Source of the DNA: a virus
Taxonomy: Duplodnaviria > Caudoviricetes
DNA: 48,405 nucleotides
Reading direction: 5' to 3' (one strand)
Virus record (IMG/VR): IMGVR_UViG_3300038393_002081
Span: 1-48,405 of that record
Shown here: piece by piece, positions 26,841 to 35,575 of the stretch
How positions within the stretch are numbered: position 1 is the stretch's first letter
Layout: each line of letters begins with the position of its first letter
Translations under genes and position numbers: made by a program
Notes under the pieces: generated by a model
Databases searched by the model: none
Told to the model about the DNA's origin: nothing
Seen by the model: only the letters and a program-made list of their open reading frames with translations

Positions 26841-27374
26841 ATGAAAGCGTCTTTGCTGGTAGTGCTTTTGCTGTTGCCACTTTTTACCTCCGCGCAGACA
26901 GCGGATACCATACCGCGCAAGGATGGCCGGTTCTACTTTTCCGAGGTTGTTTCCGTGGATAGCAATTCGAAGGCAGCGGAATTATACGAACGGGGCAGGC
27001 GGTGGGTAGTAGATGCCTATAAATCGAAGGATGTTGTCCAACTGGAAGACAAAGAATCGAAGGAGCTTATTGTAAAGGGAACGTTTTGGGTACATTGGCG
27101 CGCTGGAATATTGCTTATAGGAATCCACATTGAGCATACGCTTCGACTTCAGTTCAAGGACGGGAGGTACCGTTATGAAATGTCCAACTTTCGAGTACTG
27201 CCAACGGCCTATACCGACGAATCGGCTTTGGAGGACTATTACGAGAAGCCAGCATACATGGGCCCTAAAAAACATTTGCCCAAATTCAACACCAGTTTTC
27301 TTGAAGCTACCAGCGAAATATTCACCTCGCTAAATCAGTCAATGAAAGAGCCGTCGGTAAAAGTGGATTGGTAA
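26841..27374 (+). CDS. Exported DUF4468-like protein (lysogenic moron)
   Basis: Signal peptide MKASLLVVLLLLPLFTSA|Q; FSEVV...ELYER...DKESKELIVKG...FKDGRYRY pattern. Confidence 0.75.
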   Translation: MKASLLVVLLLLPLFTSAQTADTIPRKDGRFYFSEVVSVDSNSKAAELYERGRRWVVDAYKSKDVVQLEDKESKELIVKGTFWVHWRAGILLIGIHIEHTLRLQFKDGRYRYEMSNFRVLPTAYTDESALEDYYEKPAYMGPKKHLPKFNTSFLEATSEIFTSLNQSMKEPSVKVDW

Positions 27375-27389
27375 ATCCGCAAACAGTGT

Positions 27390-27890
27390 TTACCTGCCTT
27401 TATTCTCCCATAGTGTGCCGTCACTAAAATGCACACTATATACGTAGGCGGAAATCTTCGTTGCTGTAGTGCTACTAATATTCCATTGACATGTCCTGGA
27501 TTGCCCCGGTTTAAGAGTATGCTGAGTTATTCCACCGTCATGTATCGTTTGTATTTTGTCGCCAAAATTATTTTTCAATATCCAGCCAACCTTGATTCCG
27601 TCTGTTGACTTTTTACTGATGTTTTGTAACGTGACAGCCGCATCGGTAGAGCCATATTCATCAGTTATAAGACTAGCCTTAGTAATTTTCACCGGGCTTG
27701 CAGTGTTCGATCTCAATTGGTACTCGTTGTCAATGGCATCGTTTATTTTCTCAATTCTGGACTCCTTGAAGCTGTCTATGTATTCCTGCGTTTTTATTTC
27801 TTCTAAGGAGTCATTTAATTTATTTTCAGAAGAATTAGTCTGACAACCGAAGCAGCCCATTGTCAAGATAATGAGGATACTTGATTTCAT
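27390..27890 (-). CDS. Lipoprotein (lysogenic moron; superinfection-exclusion candidate)
   Basis: MKSSILIILTMGCFG|C lipobox; Ig-like LQNISKK...NNFGD...VHFSDGTLW. Confidence 0.75.
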   Translation of the reverse strand: MKSSILIILTMGCFGCQTNSSENKLNDSLEEIKTQEYIDSFKESRIEKINDAIDNEYQLRSNTASPVKITKASLITDEYGSTDAAVTLQNISKKSTDGIKVGWILKNNFGDKIQTIHDGGITQHTLKPGQSRTCQWNISSTTATKISAYVYSVHFSDGTLWENKGR

Positions 27891-27923
27891 ATAGGTAGAT
27901 ATATTAGAGCCTAAATATACCCT

Positions 27924-28455
27924 GCCTGAACAATCTATTACTCGAGATATCAGCCAATTCGCATGAAATGAAAGGCGGTCTATTGCTGCAAATGGCGACA
28001 GGGAAAGTATCGATACCGATCAGCCATAGGAAGCATAGACCGGTAAATTTATAGCCTGTCTGCCCTTCTATAAGATATAAGACAGAAACAAACCCGAGAA
28101 TAGATTTTGATGAGGCGGCAAGCAAAGCAAGTTTACCCCTACCCCTAAAGAGATAAACTGCGATGCTTACAACAAACCGTCGAATGAGTTCCGTTTCGGC
28201 TGGCTGATAGTGGGTAGCAAGTTAACAAGGCCCGTCTCTATCATTTAAAAGCGTGACTGCGCAATACTGCCGCATCAGACCTTACGCTCAGTAATCCTTA
28301 TGCCCGATGTGGCTACGGCAATATCCTAAAAAGGGAAGCCCCCAACAGGATGCAGGCTGCTGAGGGCTTAAAATAGTATCAGTACTGAAGAAGTAAAGCT
28401 ACTATAAAACCCGAAAGATACGCCTGATGCATCCATGCCTTTCGAATTTGCAAGC
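27924..28455 (-). ncRNA. Candidate large structured non-coding RNA
   Basis: No credible CDS; at least nine nested helices, several perfect only on the - strand through G-U pairs; upstream TAATTTAG -7-like box. Confidence 0.55.
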
Positions 28456-28510
28456 CTAAATTAGCAAGCAAAATGCGCCATTGCGGAGGATGTTTTCCAC
28501 CGCCTGTGGA

Positions 28511-28701
28511 TATGACACCCCACCCTTCGAAACCCGCGCAGATACTGGGAAAAGATGATTCCTGGCGAAGCCGCCGACAAAACCCGCTCCTGTAGCGGGT
28601 TTTACTATGCCTCAAAGACTTGGATCAAACAAAAGGTGCTAAATAGTGTGTAAAGGTGGCTTATAGTGTATTATGTTTGTCCCCCTTTATGACACCCCAC
28701 C
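28511..28701. other. attP region: tRNA 3'-end-like core flanked by TATGACACCCCACC direct repeats
   Basis: Core GATTCCTGGCGAAGCC at 28557-28572; repeats at 28511-28524 and 28688-28701; immediately upstream of the integrase. Confidence 0.7.
28579..28603 (+). terminator. Bidirectional intrinsic terminator after the att core
   Basis: AAAACCCGCT-CCTGT-AGCGGGTTTT perfect 10-bp stem. Confidence 0.85.
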
Positions 28702-28709
28702 TTCAGCAC

Positions 28710-29912
28710 ATGGCCCCCTCCTTCACAGTAATAGCCGTTTTGCGTACGGATAAGCCCAACTCTGAAAACTTGTGTCCTTTGGTAATATGCGTGACCATGA
28801 AAGGCCGGCGTACGCGCATATCATTAGGATTAAGAGTGCGCGCGGATCAATGGGCCGGCGGTCGCGTGATCAAGCATCCTAATGCTGCATTATACAACCA
28901 AAAAATAGCGAAGGTCTTGCTCGAGACGGAAGCAAGACTGCTGATCACACCGGCACCAGACATAGCAAGCGCTAAGGAAGTGATCCAAAGCGATGGGGGT
29001 AACGGCTCATTCCTGGACTATGCAGAGAAGGTATTACCGGTACTGCGCAATGAGAAAACCGGCAAGCCGATTGAATACAACACGAAACGACGTTGGCGAA
29101 TCGATCTGCTGCATATCCGCAACTATGCGCCGGATCTGCGCTGGAGGGAGATTACACCAGATTGGCTCCGTAAGTTCAACAAACATTTGCTTGCCCTGCG
29201 CTATGAACCGACGCCCGGTGAAACTCAGGGCAAGCTCCGCATGGAGCAGAACAGTGCGCGCAAGACCTTTGTTTTTATACGCAGGATGTTCAATGAAGGC
29301 ATCCGTGATGGTGTAGTCACCTTCTACCCTTTCAAAAGAAACCCGGAGGAAAGAGACAAGTTCACGATCCCAGCAGAGACAGAAAAGCCGACTGATTATC
29401 TCACGCTAGAAGAAAGCGACCGAATAAAGGCACTATTAGACCGCGAAGATTTATCAGCGCGTATGAGAACTACCATTGCTCATTTTCTTTTAGAATGCTA
29501 TTCCGGGATCAGGCATAGTGATTGGGACAAATGGCAGTCGGAGCGGTTGATAGAGGGCAGTTATTTCCATTTGGTGACAACGAAAAATAAACAGCCTATT
29601 TACTTACCGCTAAAGGATAGCCCTCGCTTGAAATGGGTTGTTGACTACATACAGGAAAATAAACTTTCCTATAAAGGCACAAATCAGGACGCAAACCGCA
29701 TTCTAAAGATAGTGGCGCTGCTGGCCGGGGTAAATAAAAATGTGACCACTCATACCGGACGCAGGACTGCAGGCACGCTCCTGATGGAAAAGGGATTTAG
29801 TAGAGAAACGGTCGCCGAAGTACTGGGAGTGACAATGAAAGTCATTGACCGTTATGCACGAATGACACGTCAGAAGGTGCGTGGGGAATATGAGCGTATC
29901 GGCGGTCTTTAG
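28710..29912 (+). CDS. int: Tyrosine integrase (Bacteroidota type: arm-binding, SAM-like and catalytic domains)
   Basis: RTRISLGLRV..DQW arm domain; YSGIRHSD (R), TTKN (K), HTGRRT (HxxR), DRY (Y); start 28710 preferred. Confidence 0.92.
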   Translation: MAPSFTVIAVLRTDKPNSENLCPLVICVTMKGRRTRISLGLRVRADQWAGGRVIKHPNAALYNQKIAKVLLETEARLLITPAPDIASAKEVIQSDGGNGSFLDYAEKVLPVLRNEKTGKPIEYNTKRRWRIDLLHIRNYAPDLRWREITPDWLRKFNKHLLALRYEPTPGETQGKLRMEQNSARKTFVFIRRMFNEGIRDGVVTFYPFKRNPEERDKFTIPAETEKPTDYLTLEESDRIKALLDREDLSARMRTTIAHFLLECYSGIRHSDWDKWQSERLIEGSYFHLVTTKNKQPIYLPLKDSPRLKWVVDYIQENKLSYKGTNQDANRILKIVALLAGVNKNVTTHTGRRTAGTLLMEKGFSRETVAEVLGVTMKVIDRYARMTRQKVRGEYERIGGL

Positions 29913-29938
29913 GCATTCTTCCTTTGCTTTTTAGGACA

Positions 29939-30217
29939 ATGATAAAGAACGAGCAACCCATTTACTCCAAGGTTCTGAGGTACATAGCATCGCTATTAGA
30001 ACACGAGCTAAAGGAAGGCTCCAGACTTACTGTTCAACCTTACGGAGTCGCTGAATTATGGTACATAAAGATTCATACCTGGGGTGCTCCTTTGGATACT
30101 GAGTCCATAAAGAGCCGGGGAATAAAAACCGAATACCTGGTGCCGGAGGAAATCACGGCCTTGTTTTATGAGTTGCTTTACGAGTTGCGGCCCCAACGGC
30201 CGGAATGGTTTCGGTAG
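29939..30217 (+). CDS. Hypothetical protein downstream of the integrase
   Basis: ORF from MIKNEQP; ends just before the late promoter motif. Confidence 0.55.
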   Translation: MIKNEQPIYSKVLRYIASLLEHELKEGSRLTVQPYGVAELWYIKIHTWGAPLDTESIKSRGIKTEYLVPEEITALFYELLYELRPQRPEWFR

Positions 30218-30221
30218 TCCC

Positions 30222-30271
30222 CACCGTACCAATTCGTAATTCTTACCCCTGACTTGGGATAAATAATTTTG
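30222..30271 (+). promoter_or_regulatory. Late promoter copy 1
   Basis: CACCGTACCAATTCGTAATT with TAATTTTG (-7 box) starting 42 bp from the motif start. Confidence 0.75.
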
Positions 30272-30275
30272 GAGT

Positions 30276-30737
30276 ATGGCCGCGCCATCTACTCCTGTTC
30301 CACTATTAGCCGATTTGCAGGCGCTATTCATCACCAACGCCACACAGATCAGTACCAACTCCGCCTTGATTGCTGAACTGCAGGCAAGTAATGAAGTGCT
30401 CGGATGGCAGAATGAGCAGATCGGTGCAATGATCACCTATGGACAATCATTGACTCAGTTGGCAGCAGTTACCAACTTCTCTGTTATTTCCCCCGTAACC
30501 ACAGAAGTAGAGATTACCTGGGATAATAACGATACAAGGGCCGACGCCTATATTATTGATCGCTCCACAAGCGACGACTTTTCAACCGATCTGACACAGG
30601 TATTCAATGGAGTATATGGATCACCGGTTACAGACACTGGTCTAACCTCCGGGATCACATACTATTACCGGATACACTCAACCGCACCGGACTTGGATGA
30701 TAGTAGCTATTCTTTTGCATTTGTAATTGTGTTGTAA
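30276..30737 (+). CDS. Fibronectin type III domain protein (possible virion decoration)
   Basis: VEITWDN...YIIDRS...TDTGLTSGITYYYRI Fn3 signature; N-terminal coiled coil. Confidence 0.75.
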   Translation: MAAPSTPVPLLADLQALFITNATQISTNSALIAELQASNEVLGWQNEQIGAMITYGQSLTQLAAVTNFSVISPVTTEVEITWDNNDTRADAYIIDRSTSDDFSTDLTQVFNGVYGSPVTDTGLTSGITYYYRIHSTAPDLDDSSYSFAFVIVL

Positions 30738-31180
30738 TGGCACCACCAAAAGGGAATCAGTTTTGGAAGCTGAGAAGCAAGCACGGAAGGGATAAGATAT
30801 TCTCTTCGTCCGAGATGCTATGGGAGGCGTGTACAGAATATTTTGAGCATACCGACCGCCGAAAGTGGTATAAAATAGAGTATAATGGCAAGAACGCAAA
30901 AAAATGCGAAGTACCAAATGAGACGCCATATACATGGACCGGACTGTTTCTATTTCTCGATATCGCGCATTCTACTTGGAGTGAATATGAAAGACTTGAT
31001 GATTTTTCCGCAGTCACTACACGCGTGAGGAATATTATCTATACTCAGAAGCTAGAAGGTGCGGCGGTTGGGGCGTTTAATGCCAGTATTATAGCTCGTG
31101 ATCTTGGACTTGCGGATAAGCGTGAAAATGAAGATACGCTCCGGATTATTGAGGTCGGCTATACCAACGACGATGATTAA
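30737..31180 (+). CDS. terS: Terminase small subunit (P22 gp3-like)
   Basis: MAPPKGNQFWKLRSKHGR...LWEACTEYF...GAFNASIIARDLGL. Confidence 0.9.
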   Translation: MAPPKGNQFWKLRSKHGRDKIFSSSEMLWEACTEYFEHTDRRKWYKIEYNGKNAKKCEVPNETPYTWTGLFLFLDIAHSTWSEYERLDDFSAVTTRVRNIIYTQKLEGAAVGAFNASIIARDLGLADKRENEDTLRIIEVGYTNDDD

Positions 31181-31182
31181 TA

Positions 31183-32637
31183 ATGGTTTACAGGCTTTCT
31201 ACACGGCTTTTCAACCCGTTATACTGGTGGTTGGTTTGGGCACTAAACAATGATGATTTAAGATACATTTTCATATTCGGCGGTTCTTCAAGCAGTAAAA
31301 CGCATAGTGTGGTTCAGGCATTGTCAAAAAGTCAAGTCGATAAATGCGAGAGCACAATGGTGCTGCGAAAATTCGGCGTTGATATTGATGACAGTATCTA
31401 TTCAGATTTCAAATCGATTGGCGGCGAATTAAAGTTTGATCATGTTCAAATCTATCAACAGCGCGTCGTTAAGTTGAAAAACTCGCGCATCCGATTTCGG
31501 GGATTGGATGACAGTGAAAAGCTCAAAGGTCTGAAGGGTTTTAAATACCTCTACTATAACGAGCTGACGCAATTTGATGAGGCTGATTTCGACCAAGGGA
31601 GGAAGCGATTGCGGGGTATGTCCGGACAAAAGATCATTGCAGACTGGAATCCGATCAGTGAAAAGCATTGGATAAAAACCAATGTTTTGGATAAGGAGAC
31701 TTGGATAGACCTACCGCTAACCGCTCCTGATGCGCCAACGAAATATGCGACGCTTGAAAAAACGTCGTATGTACGGCTGAATGAGCGCGGCAATATGCTA
31801 CTGATCAGAACCAATTACCTGTCCAATTATTGGGTTATCGGGCATCCCGCGGGGAAAGGAGGTTTTTACGACAAGCACACTGTTGATGACTTCGAAAATG
31901 ATAAAATCAATAAACCCAACTATTACAGGATATATGGACTTGGCGATTGGGGCGTGATAAAGACAGGTGGTGAGTTTTGGAAGCAATTCGACGAGATGCG
32001 AAATACCCGGCCGGCGAAATACGAACCGGGGCCTTTGCATGTTGCTTTGGATGCGAATGTCAGACCTTATGTAACGATAGCGCTGTGGCAAGCTAATATC
32101 GATGAGAGGTTGGTAACACAGGTTGATGAACTTCCATGTTACAGTCCGGACAATAATGCAGTAAAAGCTGCGCAAAAGCTCATTAAGTACCTGACATTAC
32201 ATGATCACGAGGACGTGGTCTTTTTATACGCAGATCCAAGCAGCAATGCATCCAATGCTATTGACGAAGAAAACAAGAGCTTTTATGATAAGTTTCTATC
32301 TGAGTTAAAATCTGCGGGTTATACGGTACATGATCGGATTGGCCGGTCAGCGCCAAGAGTAGCTATTTCTGCCGCCTTCATCAATGATATGTATGAGGGT
32401 CTGCTTACGTGGAAACTGGCAATTGGCAATCATTGCAGCGTATCGATTGATGACTATAATACCGTGCAGGAAGACAAAAACGGGGGTATGGCAAAACCGA
32501 AGGTTGTTGATCCTGTTTCGGGAGTTGCATATGAACCTCATGGCCACTATTCAGATGCAAAGCGGTATTTCTTAACCCAGTTGCTGGAAGCCGAATACAA
32601 AAAGTATAAAGCGGGCAAGAAAAGGGGATTCTATTAA
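31183..32637 (+). CDS. terL: Terminase large subunit (PBSX/SPP1-like)
   Basis: GGSSSSKT Walker A, FRGLDDSEKLKG, YYNE Walker B, WNP, YGLGDWG, GHYSDAKRY nuclease motif. Confidence 0.92.
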   Translation: MVYRLSTRLFNPLYWWLVWALNNDDLRYIFIFGGSSSSKTHSVVQALSKSQVDKCESTMVLRKFGVDIDDSIYSDFKSIGGELKFDHVQIYQQRVVKLKNSRIRFRGLDDSEKLKGLKGFKYLYYNELTQFDEADFDQGRKRLRGMSGQKIIADWNPISEKHWIKTNVLDKETWIDLPLTAPDAPTKYATLEKTSYVRLNERGNMLLIRTNYLSNYWVIGHPAGKGGFYDKHTVDDFENDKINKPNYYRIYGLGDWGVIKTGGEFWKQFDEMRNTRPAKYEPGPLHVALDANVRPYVTIALWQANIDERLVTQVDELPCYSPDNNAVKAAQKLIKYLTLHDHEDVVFLYADPSSNASNAIDEENKSFYDKFLSELKSAGYTVHDRIGRSAPRVAISAAFINDMYEGLLTWKLAIGNHCSVSIDDYNTVQEDKNGGMAKPKVVDPVSGVAYEPHGHYSDAKRYFLTQLLEAEYKKYKAGKKRGFY

Positions 32638-32638
32638 A

Positions 32639-32836
32639 GTGATAGTTCTCGAGAACAAATATGACCTAAAGCAAATCGTTTTTTTGGCTACAGATAGCGA
32701 GCAGCTACCGCGTATGATTACCGGAATAAAGGCGTGTGCTGATGGCGGTATGCTCTACGAACTAACGTGCGGAACTATTCAATCAAATCACTATGAAGCT
32801 GAAATCAGCGAGGAGAAAAACCTGATACTGGCATGA
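32639..32836 (+). CDS. Small hypothetical protein
   Basis: KYDLKQIVFL.TD.EQLPRMITGI motif. Confidence 0.6.
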   Translation: MIVLENKYDLKQIVFLATDSEQLPRMITGIKACADGGMLYELTCGTIQSNHYEAEISEEKNLILA

Positions 32837-32895
32837 GAGATATATACTATATACTAGTGTTTAACGATCAAGAAAAGTGGCAGGACAAATAAAAA

Positions 32896-33132
32896 ATGGC
32901 ATTAAATGAGATTTTTAACGAAGACTGCCTGACGGGCATGTCGCGCATTCCAGATGGAACTATAGATATGATATTGTGCGATTTGCCGTATGGGGCTACT
33001 AATTGTAAGTGGGACACCATTATCCCAATTCAACAACTATGGGCGCATTACGAGCGAGTAATTAAGCCAAATGGAGCTATAGTTCTTACCGCAACTCAAC
33101 CCATGATACTCACAGTATACTATACCATATGA
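32896..33132 (+). pseudogene. Truncated N6/N4 DNA methyltransferase (N-terminal fragment)
   Basis: EDCLTGMSRIPDGTIDMILCDLPYG...YERVIKPNGAIVLTATQP, then an abrupt switch; no SAM-binding motif I. Confidence 0.8.
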
Positions 33133-33542
33133 TCTACGAGAAGCACCTGAGAATAGGTAACTGGATTATGAACGACAAGACTGGCAAACCTGTTAGGGTG
33201 GAAGCCATACTGAGGGGCGGCGGACATTGCTCCGATGGGCGGTATACGCAATTTGTGGAGGATTTTCTTTCGCGAAATATGTCGGGAATCCCGATTACGG
33301 CAGATGCGATGTCCTCAATGGGATTTAGTTCAAATGTCATCGATACCGAGCATCCGTGTTGGTATATAGCTATAGATAATAAAGGGTTGTTTTCATTACA
33401 AAGGAGTGCGTCTAGCCTTAATGAATTCAAAGTTTGGTGGAATAATCAGACTTGCTTCTTTGTTCCAATGCAATTCGTACATCAAATACAAAATTGTGTC
33501 TTCACCTTGACTGGACACGATCTAGAATTTATTCTGAAATGA
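33129..33542 (+). CDS. Hypothetical protein (paralog of 36482..36934)
   Basis: LRIGNW...IPIT...VHQIQN..F.LTG.DL. Confidence 0.7.
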   Translation: MIYEKHLRIGNWIMNDKTGKPVRVEAILRGGGHCSDGRYTQFVEDFLSRNMSGIPITADAMSSMGFSSNVIDTEHPCWYIAIDNKGLFSLQRSASSLNEFKVWWNNQTCFFVPMQFVHQIQNCVFTLTGHDLEFILK

Positions 33543-35191
33543 TCCTCACCACACAAGACATAGCCCGCATCCTGAAGGACAAGCCCAACGCCGCACTTAT
33601 CACCAAGGCGCAGGCTTACAGCCGTAAGATGCTCCTGCATCTTGAAGGGATTGGCATGGAAGCGCATTTGGCTACCCTTCCCTATTTCGAAAAGCAAGAG
33701 GTAGCAAGCGTGCGGCGTAAATATGCCCGTACCAATAAGGACCTGTTCACAAGGCTTCACCGTCCGATAGACAAGGTATTCAATGCCCGCGGCGGTTCTG
33801 CTTACTATAAACTTCCAAAGTCCCAGGAGCAGCAATTGCGCGACGCCATGACCAATATTGAGTATGGCTACAATTTGCGCCGCTGGATAGAAGCGTCATG
33901 GCTGCCAGCCTACATCAGAGACCCGATGGGCCTCGTGTTTATGGAGATTGACGAAAACGGGCGGGCGTACCCTACTTACAAATCGATCATGGATATCTAC
34001 GACTATCAGGTAAAGGGACGGGACCTTGACTATGTCGTTTTTAAGACTGACCTCAAAATCGATGCGTACAAAAAGAAAAACAGTCGTGATTACCTGCCCG
34101 TTTACCGGGTAGTAGACGATCTGTTCGACCGGTTAGTAGCCTGGGATGGAGCAATCGCAAGCGAGGTAAGCAATCAGACGTATCCCAACTACTGGATGCG
34201 GGTCCCCGCGCGAATCAACAGCGATCTATATAGCAGTGTACAGGGCATGTACGTTAGTCCGGATGACGCTATAGTGGGGATAGCCGATGAATTCCTTCAG
34301 GAAGGGAGCTTTTTCTCCATTTTCAAGAAACATCATTTCTTCCCCAAGGCATGGCAGTATCAGCGCGATTGCATCGCATGCCGAGGCGAGGGCAAAAGGG
34401 GTGGCAAGGACTGTGATGTGTGCAATGGCACAGGCACAGCCAAGGATTGGAAGGTAAATGAAACGGTCCTTGTACCGGTGCCGGAGAAAGAAGACCCGGT
34501 ATTGGCCCCCGACATTGCTGGCTATATAACTCCGGATATCGACGGTTGGGAAGCCATGAAAACATCGCTTGCTGACCTTGAGACCCTGATGTATCAGACG
34601 CTGTGGGGAACGGAACAACTTACTAATCTGGATAACGAGACCGCCACGGGAAAATTCATCGATACGCAGCCTGTCAATGAGCGTCTGGCCAAGTTCACAG
34701 ACGCGGCGGAGGAAATGGAGGAATGCATAACGAACTGGATGGGGCAATTTCTATTCGGCGATACCTATCAGGGCGCTGACGTGCATTATGGCCGGCGCTA
34801 TATGATAGAGAGCCCGGACGTGATCTGGAAGAAATATTCCGACGCCCGTGTAGCAGGCGCTCCATTCCCCGCACTTGATGAGCTGCTTCTCGAATACTAT
34901 AGCACGAAATATGCCGGCGACAGTTTCGAGCTTCAGAAGTACACAAAGCTCATGAAAGTAGAACCGTTCGTGCATCTTACTCCATCGCAGGTAAAGGCGT
35001 TGGGACTTCCTCCGGAGCGCTATGCGGAGAAGCTATTCTTTACCGAATGGCTGGCGCAGATGCAGGACGGGGATATCATCAACAAGCCTATTCCAACGCT
35101 CAAGGCGATGTTGTCTGAATACGCAGCAGGGCAAGGCGCATTACCGCTGACACCAGAATCCGTTACGCTCTCTAATAGAGTGGCCGCATAA
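33539..35191 (+). CDS. Portal protein with an inserted DnaJ-like zinc finger
   Basis: About 550 aa after TerL; CIACRGEG...CDVCNGTG; NETATGKFID; ATGA start at 33539. Confidence 0.8.
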   Translation: MILTTQDIARILKDKPNAALITKAQAYSRKMLLHLEGIGMEAHLATLPYFEKQEVASVRRKYARTNKDLFTRLHRPIDKVFNARGGSAYYKLPKSQEQQLRDAMTNIEYGYNLRRWIEASWLPAYIRDPMGLVFMEIDENGRAYPTYKSIMDIYDYQVKGRDLDYVVFKTDLKIDAYKKKNSRDYLPVYRVVDDLFDRLVAWDGAIASEVSNQTYPNYWMRVPARINSDLYSSVQGMYVSPDDAIVGIADEFLQEGSFFSIFKKHHFFPKAWQYQRDCIACRGEGKRGGKDCDVCNGTGTAKDWKVNETVLVPVPEKEDPVLAPDIAGYITPDIDGWEAMKTSLADLETLMYQTLWGTEQLTNLDNETATGKFIDTQPVNERLAKFTDAAEEMEECITNWMGQFLFGDTYQGADVHYGRRYMIESPDVIWKKYSDARVAGAPFPALDELLLEYYSTKYAGDSFELQKYTKLMKVEPFVHLTPSQVKALGLPPERYAEKLFFTEWLAQMQDGDIINKPIPTLKAMLSEYAAGQGALPLTPESVTLSNRVAA

Positions 35192-35222
35192 AACATTCGT
35201 ATACCCAATAAAAACAACAATC

Positions 35223-35537
35223 ATGGCAAGACCAAGAAAAACCGAAGGCGGCACTGAAACAATCAGCGCCGAAACAATGGAGCAGACATCCACAAAGCAG
35301 CTATTTGACGAGTGCTCTGTATCCATTGAAGTCCAGCGCGACAAAAAGGGAAAAGCACTGTCTTTCACCGCTACATCCACCAAAGTGCTGCGATCCAGCA
35401 TCCCAATGGACCAGCATCGCATAGACGATTTGAACCGCCGCATCAATCCCAAGGACAACCGGCAAAATCATTTCGTTTACTACTTCCCTGCCGGAGAGCG
35501 CTCTGTCCAGGTGGAAATCAAAGACGACGAAGAATAG
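35223..35537 (+). CDS. Hypothetical head-region protein
   Basis: 104-aa ORF with an A-rich leader. Confidence 0.6.
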   Translation: MARPRKTEGGTETISAETMEQTSTKQLFDECSVSIEVQRDKKGKALSFTATSTKVLRSSIPMDQHRIDDLNRRINPKDNRQNHFVYYFPAGERSVQVEIKDDEE

Positions 35538-35575
35538 TATCAGTACACCCCTACTTTAACCAAAATAAATAGTTC

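Noticed and set aside
28071-28115. Group I intron S element or hammerhead core (AAGATATAAGAC, TTGATGAG)
   Set aside because: Only partial resemblance; partner motifs (R element, GAAA core) are absent and no gene is interrupted.
27904-28125. 73-aa ORF in the att-proximal gap
   Set aside because: TTG start, no recognisable motif, and it overlaps extensive RNA helices.
28379-28615. ORF MRHSK..., or the short peptide MHQAYLSGFIVALLLQY as a type I toxin
   Set aside because: The long form crosses the att core and terminator; the short form has its start buried in a hairpin of the candidate RNA and lacks an A-rich leader. Not excluded, but unsupported.
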